A stretch of DNA of 64,000 nucleotides from Hormiphora californensis (lineage: Eukaryota > Animalia > Ctenophora). The stretch covers positions 3,348,001 to 3,412,000 of the forward strand of contig CM035358.1 of NCBI GenBank assembly GCA_020137815.1, given 5' to 3'. The notes beneath the pieces are model-generated. The model was not told the origin of the DNA and ran no database searches. It worked only from the letters and a program-made list of their open reading frames with translations. Shown one piece after another: positions 53,101 through 64,000 of this stretch (positions within the stretch are counted from its first letter, which is position 1; each line of letters starts with the position of its first letter). Made by a program: the position numbers and the translations under genes.

Positions 53101-56100
53101 TCTCACATCTTCCTCTACTAACTTTGCAGCGTAATTTTCAATCTGAGAAGGAGGGGGTGAAGTGAAGACAATTTAGCGGTTAAAATAAATTCGTTATTAT
53201 AGTTATGTGTCATCATTTAGACCAGTAGACAGTGATTAGATACGATTTTTTCTGTGTGTCATCTCGAGTAAGGGGTGATAGTGTTTCATCTAGTTTACCA
53301 GATCTAAAACACCCACCTTTCGGGCTGCAAAGTGAGCGCTGGCCCGACAGTTTCCTTCTACCATTAAAACACCACTTATGTTACCAGTGTCCTTGATGTC
53401 TTCTTTTACTACCTTCACCCACGCCTGGTAAAACGGTAGTTTTAAAAAGACTTTAATTTTGACATGGACTGGTCAATAACGAATTTTAGATCTAGTCACG
53501 AAAGAAAGAACTAGATCTAGTCACGAACTCCTTCCCCTTCTCATTGACACTATACTCACATTGTAGAGAGCGGGTTGTTTCATGAAGAAATGCTGTCGCT
53601 TGTCAATGGAATCAAATTTAACATGATTCTTGAAGACAAATCCTTTCTCTAATTTCCGTGGGAACTCATCAACAAGCTGTGAGAGACATGTTAGTAGTAA
53701 GAAATGGGGGAGACATGTTAGTAATAAGAAATGGGAATTTCCCATTTTGGCTAGTTAAGCGTCGGGAAATAGGTATTATGTAAACACTAACAATGACCGG
53801 AACTAAAAACGTATGTATCTCCAGACCAGGGCGAAGAGGAAATGGGAGGAGGGATGGAATACCTTGTTCATACGGTTCAACACCATATATATGGGCATCA
53901 CGTGACACACAACACCATGGAATACCTTTTGTAGTTTATATCGGACCTCCTCGACAAGATCTGGATTCGGTCCACTGAGCTCCACGGCAGAGGGATGGGA
54001 GTACTTTATCTCAGGTCGAGATACCGTGCTAATCACTTCAGGGTACTCTTCCCTTAGCTTTTCTGTTTTACTGAGAGAGAGGGGGTGAATCATTTTGAAT
54101 TTAACACAAATTTTTAGTCTAAATAAAGGTCCAGAAGGTCCTCTCCGAATCGAACCGAAAGCTGTGAAGTGTGTGATAAGATGTCATGGGGTCACAGTAT
54201 GTGGTCATAGTATGACAAGCAGGAACCGACCGAATCAGGAAATACTGGTCCCTGATTGGCTGATAACCAGTCACGTGACCTAAATAACGAGCTGAGTTGT
54301 TCAAACTTACAGAAGAAGAGTGTGCCAAGTTGATAGATCATCCTGATCCTTCACAGCCACGCTCGCCTTGTGTAAAGTAACTAGGAACGCTCCCACCTGT
54401 CCCAGAGTTCTCTCAACAGTGGCCTCATCTCCTATCAGGGTTATTCGCTGACCTTTCTCGATCTTATACTTCATGCACGATGCCTGGTAAAGGAAAGTTA
54501 TAACTTATTGACTGGTATGTCGGCAATCAGACAGGGCAAGTGAGAGCGAAAGGGGAGGCGATTCATCGTGCGAACGACAGACTGCGTAGCATGAGAACGT
54601 CTGGTGTCAAGAATAAAGTACAGAATTCGAGGACAGGAAACAACATACCTCCGATCTGTTCCCTGAAGTGGCGTTACTCTTAACTATCTTGGGTATCTTG
54701 GCCGCGAGGCTTCTCTGTATGACAGCTGGATAACCCTTAATATCAATCTCCTTCACCACCAGCCTCTCAGCAAACTCCCGAATCTTAGTTGCCATGACAC
54801 CCACTCTCTCACTACCAACCCCACACACGTATATCTGATTCCCATCAAAGTCAGGATACAGGAAGAGACCTTTGTATTGTTTCTGGAAATAAGCATCGAT
54901 AACTTCCATCTTCATCCACAGTGAAGCCTCCACCGGGATAACTGTTTTAGTGAGGGAATCCAGGAATTCCATAACTCTATTTTTCATCCTCCCATCCTCC
55001 CCGGTACAATACAGAACACCATTGTCAATAATTGCTGCCCCATCACCAGGCTGTTCTGTTGTCATGAGGATATTATGCCCAAATTTGGCAATACAGATCT
55101 CCTCAATTGGAGATAATTTGTAAGTGGTAGTTTGCTCTTTGAGGCTGTCCATGAGTTGCTGTCCATTAGGGTGGTTACGGGGTGTCTGGACAAACAAGTT
55201 CGCAGAGCCACGCACACCAGATACTGTCGCCTGAGGTGAAGAAATGACTGTTAAATAACGGTGCTTTTTTACTGAACCCTATCTGGCGCCGCAGACCCCA
55301 TCTGAGAGCACTGTCACATTCTCACAATCGGGGTCTTGCGCCGCCAGAAAGGCTAAACCCAGGCTTGTCCGATATACCTCGCAATTAGCACTGATGAACA
55401 TTGAACACATGTGGTTGATTTCACGTACCCTTGGGTTTTTGGTATGTTTCCTGACGAACAGCTGGGTGTAGATGGAGTTCTCTGACAGTGCGACATAGGA
55501 CATTTCCAGCTTGTCGTGCAACCATTTCTGAAGGGGAGGGGGAAGAGGAGAGTTATTGGAAGGAAACTAAAGATATAATGGTCCATGATAGATGCGATCA
55601 AGCAGGGGTAGATCCAGGACACCACCCCCCTGGTAGATTAGTCCCTGCGATAAAGTACAATAAAAGCAAACTACTACTTACTTTGAAATGTTTTTGGTTT
55701 TGATGTCTCTTGAATCCAAAGTGAACACTTGTGCTGTCTATTGGCAGGATGGTAACCTTATACATGCGAAGAGCTGATTTTCCCAGCTCGCTTACCCTCA
55801 AAAAATCTCCTGAAATAACGAGGAGAAATTGTAGGATTTCTAAGAAAAGTGAAAACAGGAAGTTGAAAAACACGGAGAGCAGAAGTGGTGGAAACAAAAA
55901 CTTACTCGCTGTGAGTAGGTGTATATCCAAGTCATGTAGGGATGATCTCACAGCAGCATTCCTGTACCTCTCCAACCCCTCACACAAATTACTGACAAGT
56001 CTAACATCCTTCTCACACCCTGTCACCATCCAACACCCCTCAATTTCCTCAATAACCACCCTCCCAGAGGCACTGAAAGTACTACAAATCTTATCAACGA

Positions 56101-56566
56101 CAGGGCAGGGCGTAGCAGGTTTATCTAGTGTCACACTAGTGACACTCTGTAACACAGGTAGTAGGTCCTTCACTTTCTTGGTATAAGAGTCCATGTGCTC
56201 CTTCTGGGCCACTACATACACCCCATCATTGGTCAACTCAGCCCACTTGTACGCCTTGCCACCTTTCAGTATCCTGCTCAGTGTGTCAGGCGTGAACACC
56301 TTCCTGTGCAGACTACCAACCGGTACCCCTAACGGTATGACTCTCTCAGTGAACTGTCCATAGTAGGTGGTGATGAACTCCGCTACGTGGGGGTCGTCAG
56401 TTTGGATGTCGGAGATGCGGAGTTTGCTGCCTACTGGAGGTAGGGTTATGGGGATATTTGGGAAGTGTGCTGCGACAGTTTCTTGGAGAGACTCCCTGTT
56501 GAAGTGGAGATCAAGGGTTGATAGGTATCTGTTGGTGGAGAGTCGGGATGTTAGGTGACGTAACAT
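50137..56566 (-). CDS. Paralogue B: predicted mitochondrial protein with tandem degenerate KH-like units (multi-exon, estimated >1000 aa)
   Basis: ATG 56566: MLRHLTSRLSTNRYLSTLDLHFNRESLQETV...; large exons 56566-55906 and ~55230-54650; units GCWMVTGCEKDVRLV, NQIYVCGVGSERVGVMA, QRITLIGDEATVERTL, AVELSGPNPDLVEEVR, GDLTVIGTDPDRVQEIV; last exon IYTPDSEPNTVFYEF...VESGTL-stop (50137). Some small internal exons are not fully resolved. Confidence 0.78.
50485..51011. mobile_element. MITE with poly-G/poly-C termini
   Basis: gggg..cctgccgcaagaatctca...tgagatttttgcggcaggcccc..; gaatag(g) repeated at both flanks. Confidence 0.75.
54220..54291. mobile_element. Truncated copy of the 109-bp hAT-type MITE
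   Basis: caggaaccgaccgaatcaggaaatactggtccctgattggctgataaccagtcacgtgacctaaataacgag; second TIR missing. Confidence 0.8.
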
Positions 56567-59500
56567 CTAACATTCATCAATACCTGCCTAGATAGTGAGA
56601 GAGGGTTAGCAGTGGGTGGGGGAGAATTTGGGTTGTATTAGGAACCGACCGAAACAAGAAAACAACCAATCAGAACTCGTTATTTAGGTCACGTGACTGG
56701 TTATCAGCCAATCAGGGACCAGTATTTCCTGATTCGGTCGGTTCCTGGGTTGTATCTGAAGATCAGTAGACAAAATCAGATTGTTCTCTGCAAAACTGGG
56801 CAATAAATTAAGTACAAACGCTCAATTTAAATCTTATAGTCGGGTCACATATAACCTGCAGCAAATATATACCTTCACCCTGGTCAAGGATTCCAACAGT
56901 TCTGAGGGTACGAACAACACTTCATAGAGGGCGATAGATCTACCATCGCGGGGGGTCACCATGTGCCTTATGATAGTTCAACTAGCCATGTCTTGTTCTT
57001 AGACAGTAAAAGGTAGCACATCAGGGCCCCTGATGATTCAGGGGTAGCACATCAGGGCCCCTGATGATTCAGGGGTAGCACATCAGGGCCCCTGATGATT
57101 CAGGGGTAGCACATCAGGGCCCCTGATGATTCAGGGGTAGCACATCAGGGCCCCTGATGATTCAGGGGTAGCACATCAGGGCCCCTGATGATTCAGGGGT
57201 AGCACATCAGACACGTGTATGACATTCTGCCTCCCAATATTATTCTCCAGTACATCAAGAGTGTGGTCTAAAACTCCCTCTACATTCCTGTAGTTAATGG
57301 TCAGGGTATTCTCACTCGCGTTATACACCAACACCTAGAGGGGTAAAACATTAGAAAGTAAGGAGTTTGTAAAATCTTGAGCTGTCTATGCCTGATAAAA
57401 CACCACGTTAGTTCACCACAGGGGTCACTCCATCCACATTTTTGGGATCGATACATAAAGCAATTGCAAGACAATAACACACCTGTTGAGTGTACTTGTC
57501 TCCAATTGTGTGTCTGAAGGCATCTCTCAAGGCACCTTTTGCTCGAGTCATGGCAGCCCTGTTAACCAACTTGATCCTAACTCTCTCCCAGTCACTGTAG
57601 AAGAAGGGTATGATGCATGTGTGTAATTCATGACGTCACACATTATACAGGGGGTACTGTCTCAAGGTTAGTAAAGGTGATAGGACCATGTACATTTTAC
57701 AGTCGGACCCCGATTTATCGGGTAAAAACCTTTCCCCCCGAGCATCCCGGTAAATCGGGGTCCGACTGTATTGTGTAGCTCACACCGCTCTGTGTGGGCT
57801 CGGTAGACCAAATATTAAGACTAGACTAACTAGTGTCGTCAGTAAAACAAACTAACCTCAAACGGAACCTCTCCTTCAACTCCTCCACAGTTCTCTGAAC
57901 CTTATCCGTCCCCCCAAACACTACCAGATCATTCTCCCGTGTATTGATCCAAGATACCCTAAGGTTACCCTCAGGCACAGAGGTATCCCAATCTCCACAG
58001 GGGGCATCAAGAAGAGACTGAAGGAAGACATCGTTGGTATAGGGCAGGTGAACCTGGTAATAAAGGAGGTTATCTGTGGTAAGGGGAAACTCTAACTGAA
58101 TGGCATCCCATTAAGGGTACGCTAACCAAAATTTTTTTTCGAGTGCAGGGAAATCTCTCACCGTAGGGTTGTAGGCCATGCCAAGGAGACCTCAAATATG
58201 CAATTTGAGCTCTCAAGCCGAATTCATATTTTTGCTACAGCTGCTTGAAAAATTAACTGAAAATAAGTTTTTGGCATCTTAAAAATTTTTTTTAAAAGAT
58301 AGAAGCATGAAAATTTGGGGATTTGAAGAGAACATAAAGGGGAATAACCACAAAAAATTTTTTTGCAATCCGAGCTGATTTCCGGTCCTGAAATGGATTT
58401 CTTTTTTTCCACTTTAACGCCCTATTTGGCAAAGTTCCGAAAATATGTGAAAGCTGTAAATTGGTGAAAAGTTGCGTCTAACGATTATCTAAGTGGCCAT
58501 AAATTTTGGGCGTGTCCTTATTTGAAATAAGATGTACAGAGTTTTTTTTGTGAAAGCCGTCATTTCAGAAATAAATAAATTCCCTGTATCTCAAAAACGG
58601 CTGATCGTAGAGACCTGAGACTATGCTTAAACGATTCAGAAGGTCCGATTTTGGGGGGGTCTTCTGAGAGACATTTTGCTCCTACTTCAACCGTTTTTGC
58701 TGTAATTGCGAAAAACAAAAACCCATCTTCGCCATCGTGGATTTTTTGTGATTTTGTTTTTGATGATTATAGGGACCCATATGGACCAAATAATGAAGGA
58801 ATTAGCTTGTTACACATTTTTCCATAGTTTCGGTCCTTTCTTAGCCAAAATTCCCTAATTACAGGATATTGGAGTTTAGCTTTTGCCCTTTCCATAGAAT
58901 TTGTTTTTCGCAATTACAGCAAAAACGGTTGAAGTAGGAGCAAAATGTCTCTCAGAAGACCCCCCCAAAATCGGACCTTCTGAATCGTTTAAGCATAGTC
59001 TCAGGTCTCTACGATCAGCCGTTTTTGAGATACAGGGAATTTATTTATTTCTGAAATGACGGCTTTCACAAAAAAAACTCTGTACATCTTATTTCAAATA
59101 AGGACACGCCCAAAATTTATGGCCACTTAGATAATCGTTAGACGCAACTTTTCACCAATTTACAGCTTTCACATATTTTCGGAACTTTGCCAAATAGGGC
59201 GTTAAAGTGGAAAAAAAGAAATCCATCTCAGGACCGGAAATCAGCTCGGATTGAAAAAAAAGTTTTTGTGGTTATTCCCCTTCATGTCCTCTTCAAATCC
59301 CCAAATTTTCATGCTTCTATCTTTAAAAAAAATTTTTTAAGATGCCAAAAACTTGTTTTCAGTTCATTTTTCAAGCAGCTGTAGCAAAAATATGAATTCG
59401 CCTTGAGAGCTAAAATTGCATATTTGAGGTCTCCTTGGCATGGCCTACAACCCTACGGTGAGAGATTTCCCTGCACTCGAAAAAAATTTTTGGTTAGCGT

Positions 59501-62500
59501 ACCCTTAATGGGATCCCATCAACAGTAAAACTCTAACTGATAATGGACCACAGTGATGGTTCTTTCTCTGTATTCTCTCTGTAGGCAGTACATCTATGTA
59601 CTGCCTACAGAGAGAATACAGAGAAAGAACTATAGGGCATGCCCGGGCACGGGCGCGCACACAGAGAGAATAAAGAGAAAGAACCATCACTGTGGTCCAT
59701 TAGGGGGGGGGCCGGCTGAAGTTTTTGAAGTTTTTGAAGTCAACTTCAAAAACTTCAAAGAGAAACTTAGGGTGGAAAACTTCAAAAACTTCAAAAACTT
59801 CAAAAACTCATATCTCCTAAACCGTTGGAGATAGGCCCTATGTTGCTTCATAACTCTTATATAAACTCGAGGCCGCTGATGATTTTGGTGTCCATGTTTT
59901 TTTCACTACTCCCTTAATAAAAAATTTGCATTTTGTGAAACTGTGAAAAAGGGTGTGGCCCCAAAAAAATTTTTGAAAATTTACTTCATAATTTTTAAAC
60001 ACTTTCTTAGCATTTTCTAGGCAACTTTTTGAGTTATAGAATGAAAATGAAATCTGTTTTTACAAAAAATTTAAATTTTTTACACCAAATTGTGCCATGG
60101 ATTTCATGGCTAGGAATCATTGTAAATATCCTAATTTGTGGTAGAAAAAGGGCAGACAAGGACGGATAACTTTGCCACAATATGTATTAAGCATGAAACT
60201 AACCTAAACAAGTGTAATAATAGTCACTGATAGCATATAAAAGTAGTTTAGAGTTTTTGAAGTTTTTGAAGTTTTTGAAGTCAACTTCAAAAACTTCAAA
60301 AACTCAAAAAGTAGGGTGGAAAACTTCAAACTTCAAAAACTTCAGCCGGCCCCCCCCCCGTCCATTATCAGTTAGAGTTTTACTGTTGATGGGATCCCAT
60401 TAATGGGATGCCATTCAGTTAGAGTTTCCCCTAATAAAGGAGGTTATCTACGGGTTATCATCAATCATAAATGAAGTAATCAAAGTGCACGCTGTGAGGG
60501 TTCGGCAGAGAAAGTCATGGCCGTTGTTATGTTCTAGAATCTAGACCCTCCTTTACATTAGTGAAACAGGGTCGAGCAAGGCAACATGACCGGTATTATA
60601 TGAGTGGCGAGTGCGGTACAAAAACTGCAGTAAAATACTCTGTTGTTGTTCTTACCTTTACTATTGACTGTATTGACTGAAAGAACTCTGCTACTAGTTG
60701 TCCTGCTTTATCCATCCCACTCTGCCTTGTTTTGTTCAAACCCGAAAAGGGAGTCGAGCTAGGCAAATTCTGACCAGTAAGTACGACAGTGCCACTTGGC
60801 TCATTGTAGGATACCAATACCTTATTATCCTGAGAGAGGTTTTATCTGGGTAGGAATTGTTAAACTTGAAGAATGGGGGTTAAATAGGGGCCGGGGGAAT
60901 TTGTTCATTCTTTCATTCTTTTGAAGAGTCCAATTACCGACCCCGGTGAACCCCGTACAACGGTTGAACACACGACGTGGTGCCCCGAAGGGAGCTAAAA
61001 GACAATCTTCGTGGGTTGTGTATTAACAATCAGTTAGATATGTTGTCCGCCCGCGAAGTGTTGACCACCAGCTCTCTATCATCTATCTAATAGTCTACCT
61101 TGGTAGTTTTCTAGTCATTAAAAAGTAAAAACTTAAATATAGATTAAAGAGATCAGCTAAATTTCTCTGGCGAACTATCTTGGTGGCTTCCTCGTCTCTG
61201 GGAATCTAAATTTAGAGGAGTTCTACTAGTTAAATAACGCATTTCTCTGTCATATTATCGCCATGGGTGGTAACAGGTTTCATAGTCAGGCAATCTAAAT
61301 ATAGAATAAAACTTAGTTAAAGACATCCCAAAATAATTCACGCCGCACTAACTTCCTCAAAATAGCCCCACATACAACATATTGATTATGTACTACAGTT
61401 GGACGCCGATTTACCGGGATACTCGGGGGAAAGGGGTTTTTCCGGTAAATCATCTCATAACATACGACATATAGCATCTCATGCCCCTAAATTTGATGTG
61501 CAGTAATATGCTTACCGATAAGAACCTCCCAATAGGTCCCTTGAAGAAGTCTGGTGACCCGGGCACTCTTTTGAGGTCCCGGTATAGCTCGTACCTAGCC
61601 GTACTGATAGGAACCTCAACTCGCTCTAGCTGAGAGAGAACAGTGCATTAGAAAAGGGATGGACCGTCAACAAGAACTATTTTAGATGTAATTACTGTGG
61701 AAATGTGGACACTTCATATTTCATTTATTTCCAAACCTTGAGTGATTTGAACTCCTCAAGGAACCTGTTTAGCTTGATCTTGTGTTCGTTAGATATCACA
61801 AACTTTCCGTAGCCCTTCTTTTCACGCTCCAAGCCAAACTGAAACCATGGAATTCAAATACACAATAGAAAACAAGAAAGTCTTATTAGAAAACAGATGT
61901 GTCTTTTGAAAACAAATTTATCGAGTCTGCTACCTCGGCATCATCTAGAAGGTATTTACAGGCCCACTCCACACTCTGTCTATCTGCTGCCTCCACCTCT
62001 ATTGTATTGATGGAGTCCATTGTGGCAGAGGGTAGTAGGTGGTACTTTCTTAGTTTAGAGACGTTAGCACGGGGTCCTACTATCTTCACTGTCTTACCCT
62101 CCCGCTCAATAGTCACTCCAAAACTGTCCCGTAATCTAGAAAATGAAAGGAGGTAAGATGGTGGGGTAGAGGTAAGATGGTTTGAGTCGTTTGACACTGT
62201 GTATGAACAATTCAAAAGATGGTGGGGTAGAATATGAAAGGCAAATGCTCTGGCTGCACTGAGAATAGGGTCAGGCCAATGCTCGATCTGATGGGGTGAG
62301 AAAGTTGAAGATATAGACCTGGCCTGCTAGATATACTCACTGTTGAATCCTAGAGTCCAGTGCCTCGTACCGTCCAACCTCTCCGTCAGTGAGGTCAATA
62401 ACTTTGTGGGCCTTACTTCCCCTGAGCCCTTCTCCAATATAGACTGCCGCCAGGTCCGCACTGGATTGGTGGTTGCTATAGATACGGACCAGACTCCTGT

Positions 62501-63126
62501 CCATTGTATCTAACTTCATTTGGACCTGTTGGTTAATATTGTTATCCATGTTATCATGGTTACCATGGTTACCACAGTAACTCCATTAACTTACATCAGG
62601 GAAGACAGTTTCAAGGTTTGAAAAGATGTGACTATCACCACGTGCGGGGAGGGTGAATTTGCCTCTTTCCGTCCACAATCCATTACTTTCATCATTATGG
62701 ACCACCCTCACGTAACGCTCTTCTACCTGGGATTACGTAACCAGTGAAACGGGGGGGGGGGGGGGGTGAAACTATAGTCATAATAGATTGGGTGATGGCA
62801 TAAGGGGCGGGGTATGACGTTATGTGATCGTGCTGATTTATACGTCATGACGTCAGAAGTGACGTATAATGTCCGTATAATTGTATTGTCGTGAACTGTG
62901 ACAGATTCAAGATTGGTAACGTGGCACAAATGAGATTGGGGGGTAATGTCTGAAATGTCATGTTTAACTTTAGCTTGTCAAGCCCCACCCTTTCTCATAG
63001 AGAAACAAGCAGAGTGGACTGTGAACCCTGTCAGTAGTAGGGAGAGGTGCCTCACTATATTTCACAACTCACGTCTCTTGGTAGGGCTCCCTCAGGAACT
63101 GTACTTGCTGGTGGATCTGAAACTTC
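56567..63126 (-). CDS. Paralogue A: protein with tandem KH-like units (5' end unresolved, possibly beyond the window)
   Basis: Exons encoding KFTLPARGDSHIFSNLET, LRDSFGVTIEREGKTVKIVGPRANVSKLRK, KVLVSYNEPSGTVVLTG, DLVVFGGTDKVQRTVEELKERF, VRIKLVNRAAMTRAKGALRDAF, SIALYEVLFVPSELLESLTRVK; candidate last exon 56587-56567 (AGIDEC-stop). Several junctions are uncertain. Confidence 0.65.
56639..56747. mobile_element. 109-bp hAT-type MITE
   Basis: Perfect 8-bp TSD ggttgtat; same family as 20963-21071, opposite orientation. Confidence 0.88.
57012..57210. repeat. 32-bp minisatellite with internal palindrome at an exon boundary of paralogue A
   Basis: ggtagcacatcagggcccctgatgattcaggg x6. Confidence 0.9.
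57700..57768. mobile_element. 69-bp TA-flanked MITE (family of 8167-9023)
   Basis: ta|cagtcggaccccgattta...taaatcggggtccgactg|ta. Confidence 0.85.
58115..59504. mobile_element. Foldback element with ~600-bp TIRs and TTAA TSD (Kolobok-like termini)
   Basis: ttaa|gggtacgctaacc...ggttagcgtaccc|ttaa; arms ~58115-58720 and ~58900-59504 are near-identical and inverted. Confidence 0.85.
59703..60359. mobile_element. MITE with poly-G termini and 8-bp TSD
   Basis: gtccatta|gggg..ccggctgaagttt...aacttcagccggcc..ccc|gtccatta; (gaagttttt)n subterminal repeats. Confidence 0.85.
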
Positions 63127-63391
63127 CTGGAGGGGGAGAGAGTTCGTTAGTACTTGCTGGTGGATCTGAAACTTCCTGGAGGGGGAGAGTTCGTTAGTAC
63201 TTGCTGGTGGATCTGAAACTTCCTGAAGGGAGAGAGAGTTCGTTAGTACTTGCTGGTGGATCTGAAACTTCCTGGAGGGGGGAGAGAGTTCATTAGTACT
63301 TGCTGGTGGATCTGAAACTTCCTGGAGGGGGAGAGTTCGTTAGTACTTGCTGGTGGATCTGAAACTTCCTGGAGGGGGAGAGAGTTCGTTA
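63101..63391 (-). repeat. ~47-50-bp tandem repeat spanning an acceptor of paralogue A
   Basis: Minus-strand unit ctaacgaactctcccccctccag|gaagtttcagatccaccagcaagta x6. Confidence 0.9.
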
Positions 63392-63563
63392 GAAAGGAGA
63401 GGTGATAACAGCGTGATGTTCTAGGTATGTGACAATCGAAAGATAAAGTCGAAAACTCATTTCATCGAATATTTTATATGAAAACGAGACTGACATTTCA
63501 TGAGTTTTTACATCACTTCAGCCCCTGCTATGACGTCACTAGAAATAACCGCAGCCCTTCACG

Positions 63564-63566
<3 letters not shown>

Positions 63567-63641
<75 letters not shown>

Positions 63642-63646
63642 GAGAT

Positions 63647-63679
<33 letters not shown>

Positions 63680-63704
63680 AAGAAAGAGAGCGAGAGAGAG
63701 AGAG
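63567..63704. repeat. (GA)n / (GATA) microsatellite
   Basis: Direct observation. Confidence 0.95.
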
Positions 63705-64000
63705 AATGATGAGTTGAAGAGCTCATGGGTGTGTCTACTTTATAAGTGCGCTGTGTTCTCGTGCGTCAGAGTTGGTGGGGGAGGGTGGGAGAGTCTTGAT
63801 AAGCTAAAGATTTAAACGTCACAACCCTGCCACCTTCTTGTGATAGGTTAGTTTATTCATGTACCTTGAATTTATTTTCCCTCCATATATTCTGTGGTTT
63901 TGTCCCAATTCGACTTGATTAGTCAACCCTTTCTAAATTAAAACGTAGTGGGTGGGCCTATATAACAGGTAACCCCCCCCCCCCTCACTCTGTAGCTACC

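Larger units (their letters stand above)
58083..60431. mobile_element. Outer palindromic MITE with TAA TSD hosting two nested insertions
   Basis: taa|ggggaaactctaactgaatggcatccca...tgggatgccattcagttagagtttcccc|taa. Confidence 0.8.

Noticed and set aside
63073-63126. Reading the exon as KFQIHQQVQFLREPYQET, which resembles paralogue B's LHFNRESLQET
   Set aside because: Its phase is incompatible with the next confident exon (62726) without an unproven extra exon; left unresolved.

Overview
This is eukaryotic, intron-rich animal genomic DNA with short GT-AG introns and many MITEs and minisatellites. The repeat families (e.g. the element translating as YQPIRDQYFLIRSVP) recall the ctenophore Pleurobrachia; this taxon call is from memory and unverified. 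I manually spliced five genes with full, phase-consistent models: GPBP1/vasculin (-), IQANK1 (+), a 232-aa orphan (-), the zinc transporter ZnT5/SLC30A5 with a very long His loop (-), and an annexin (+). The right ~36 kb holds the most interesting system: a head-to-tail cluster of three divergent paralogues (A, B, C; minus strand), only partly spliced here. They encode long arrays of degenerate KH-like units, and B and C start with classic mitochondrial presequences. Spacing is operon-like: the predicted stop of A abuts the ATG of B, and B-to-C is 200 bp with an unpaired splice acceptor 2 nt before the ATG, suggesting SL trans-splicing. Other notable signals are tandem repeats that repeatedly copy exon-intron junctions, an 87-bp palindrome centred on a perfect splice donor, nested MITEs, and a ~10-kb tandem duplication (26.5-36.6 / 36.6-46.6 kb) whose indel-rich second copy is probably an uncollapsed haplotype or assembly artefact. 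No rRNA, tRNA, CRISPR or intact transposase was recognised.
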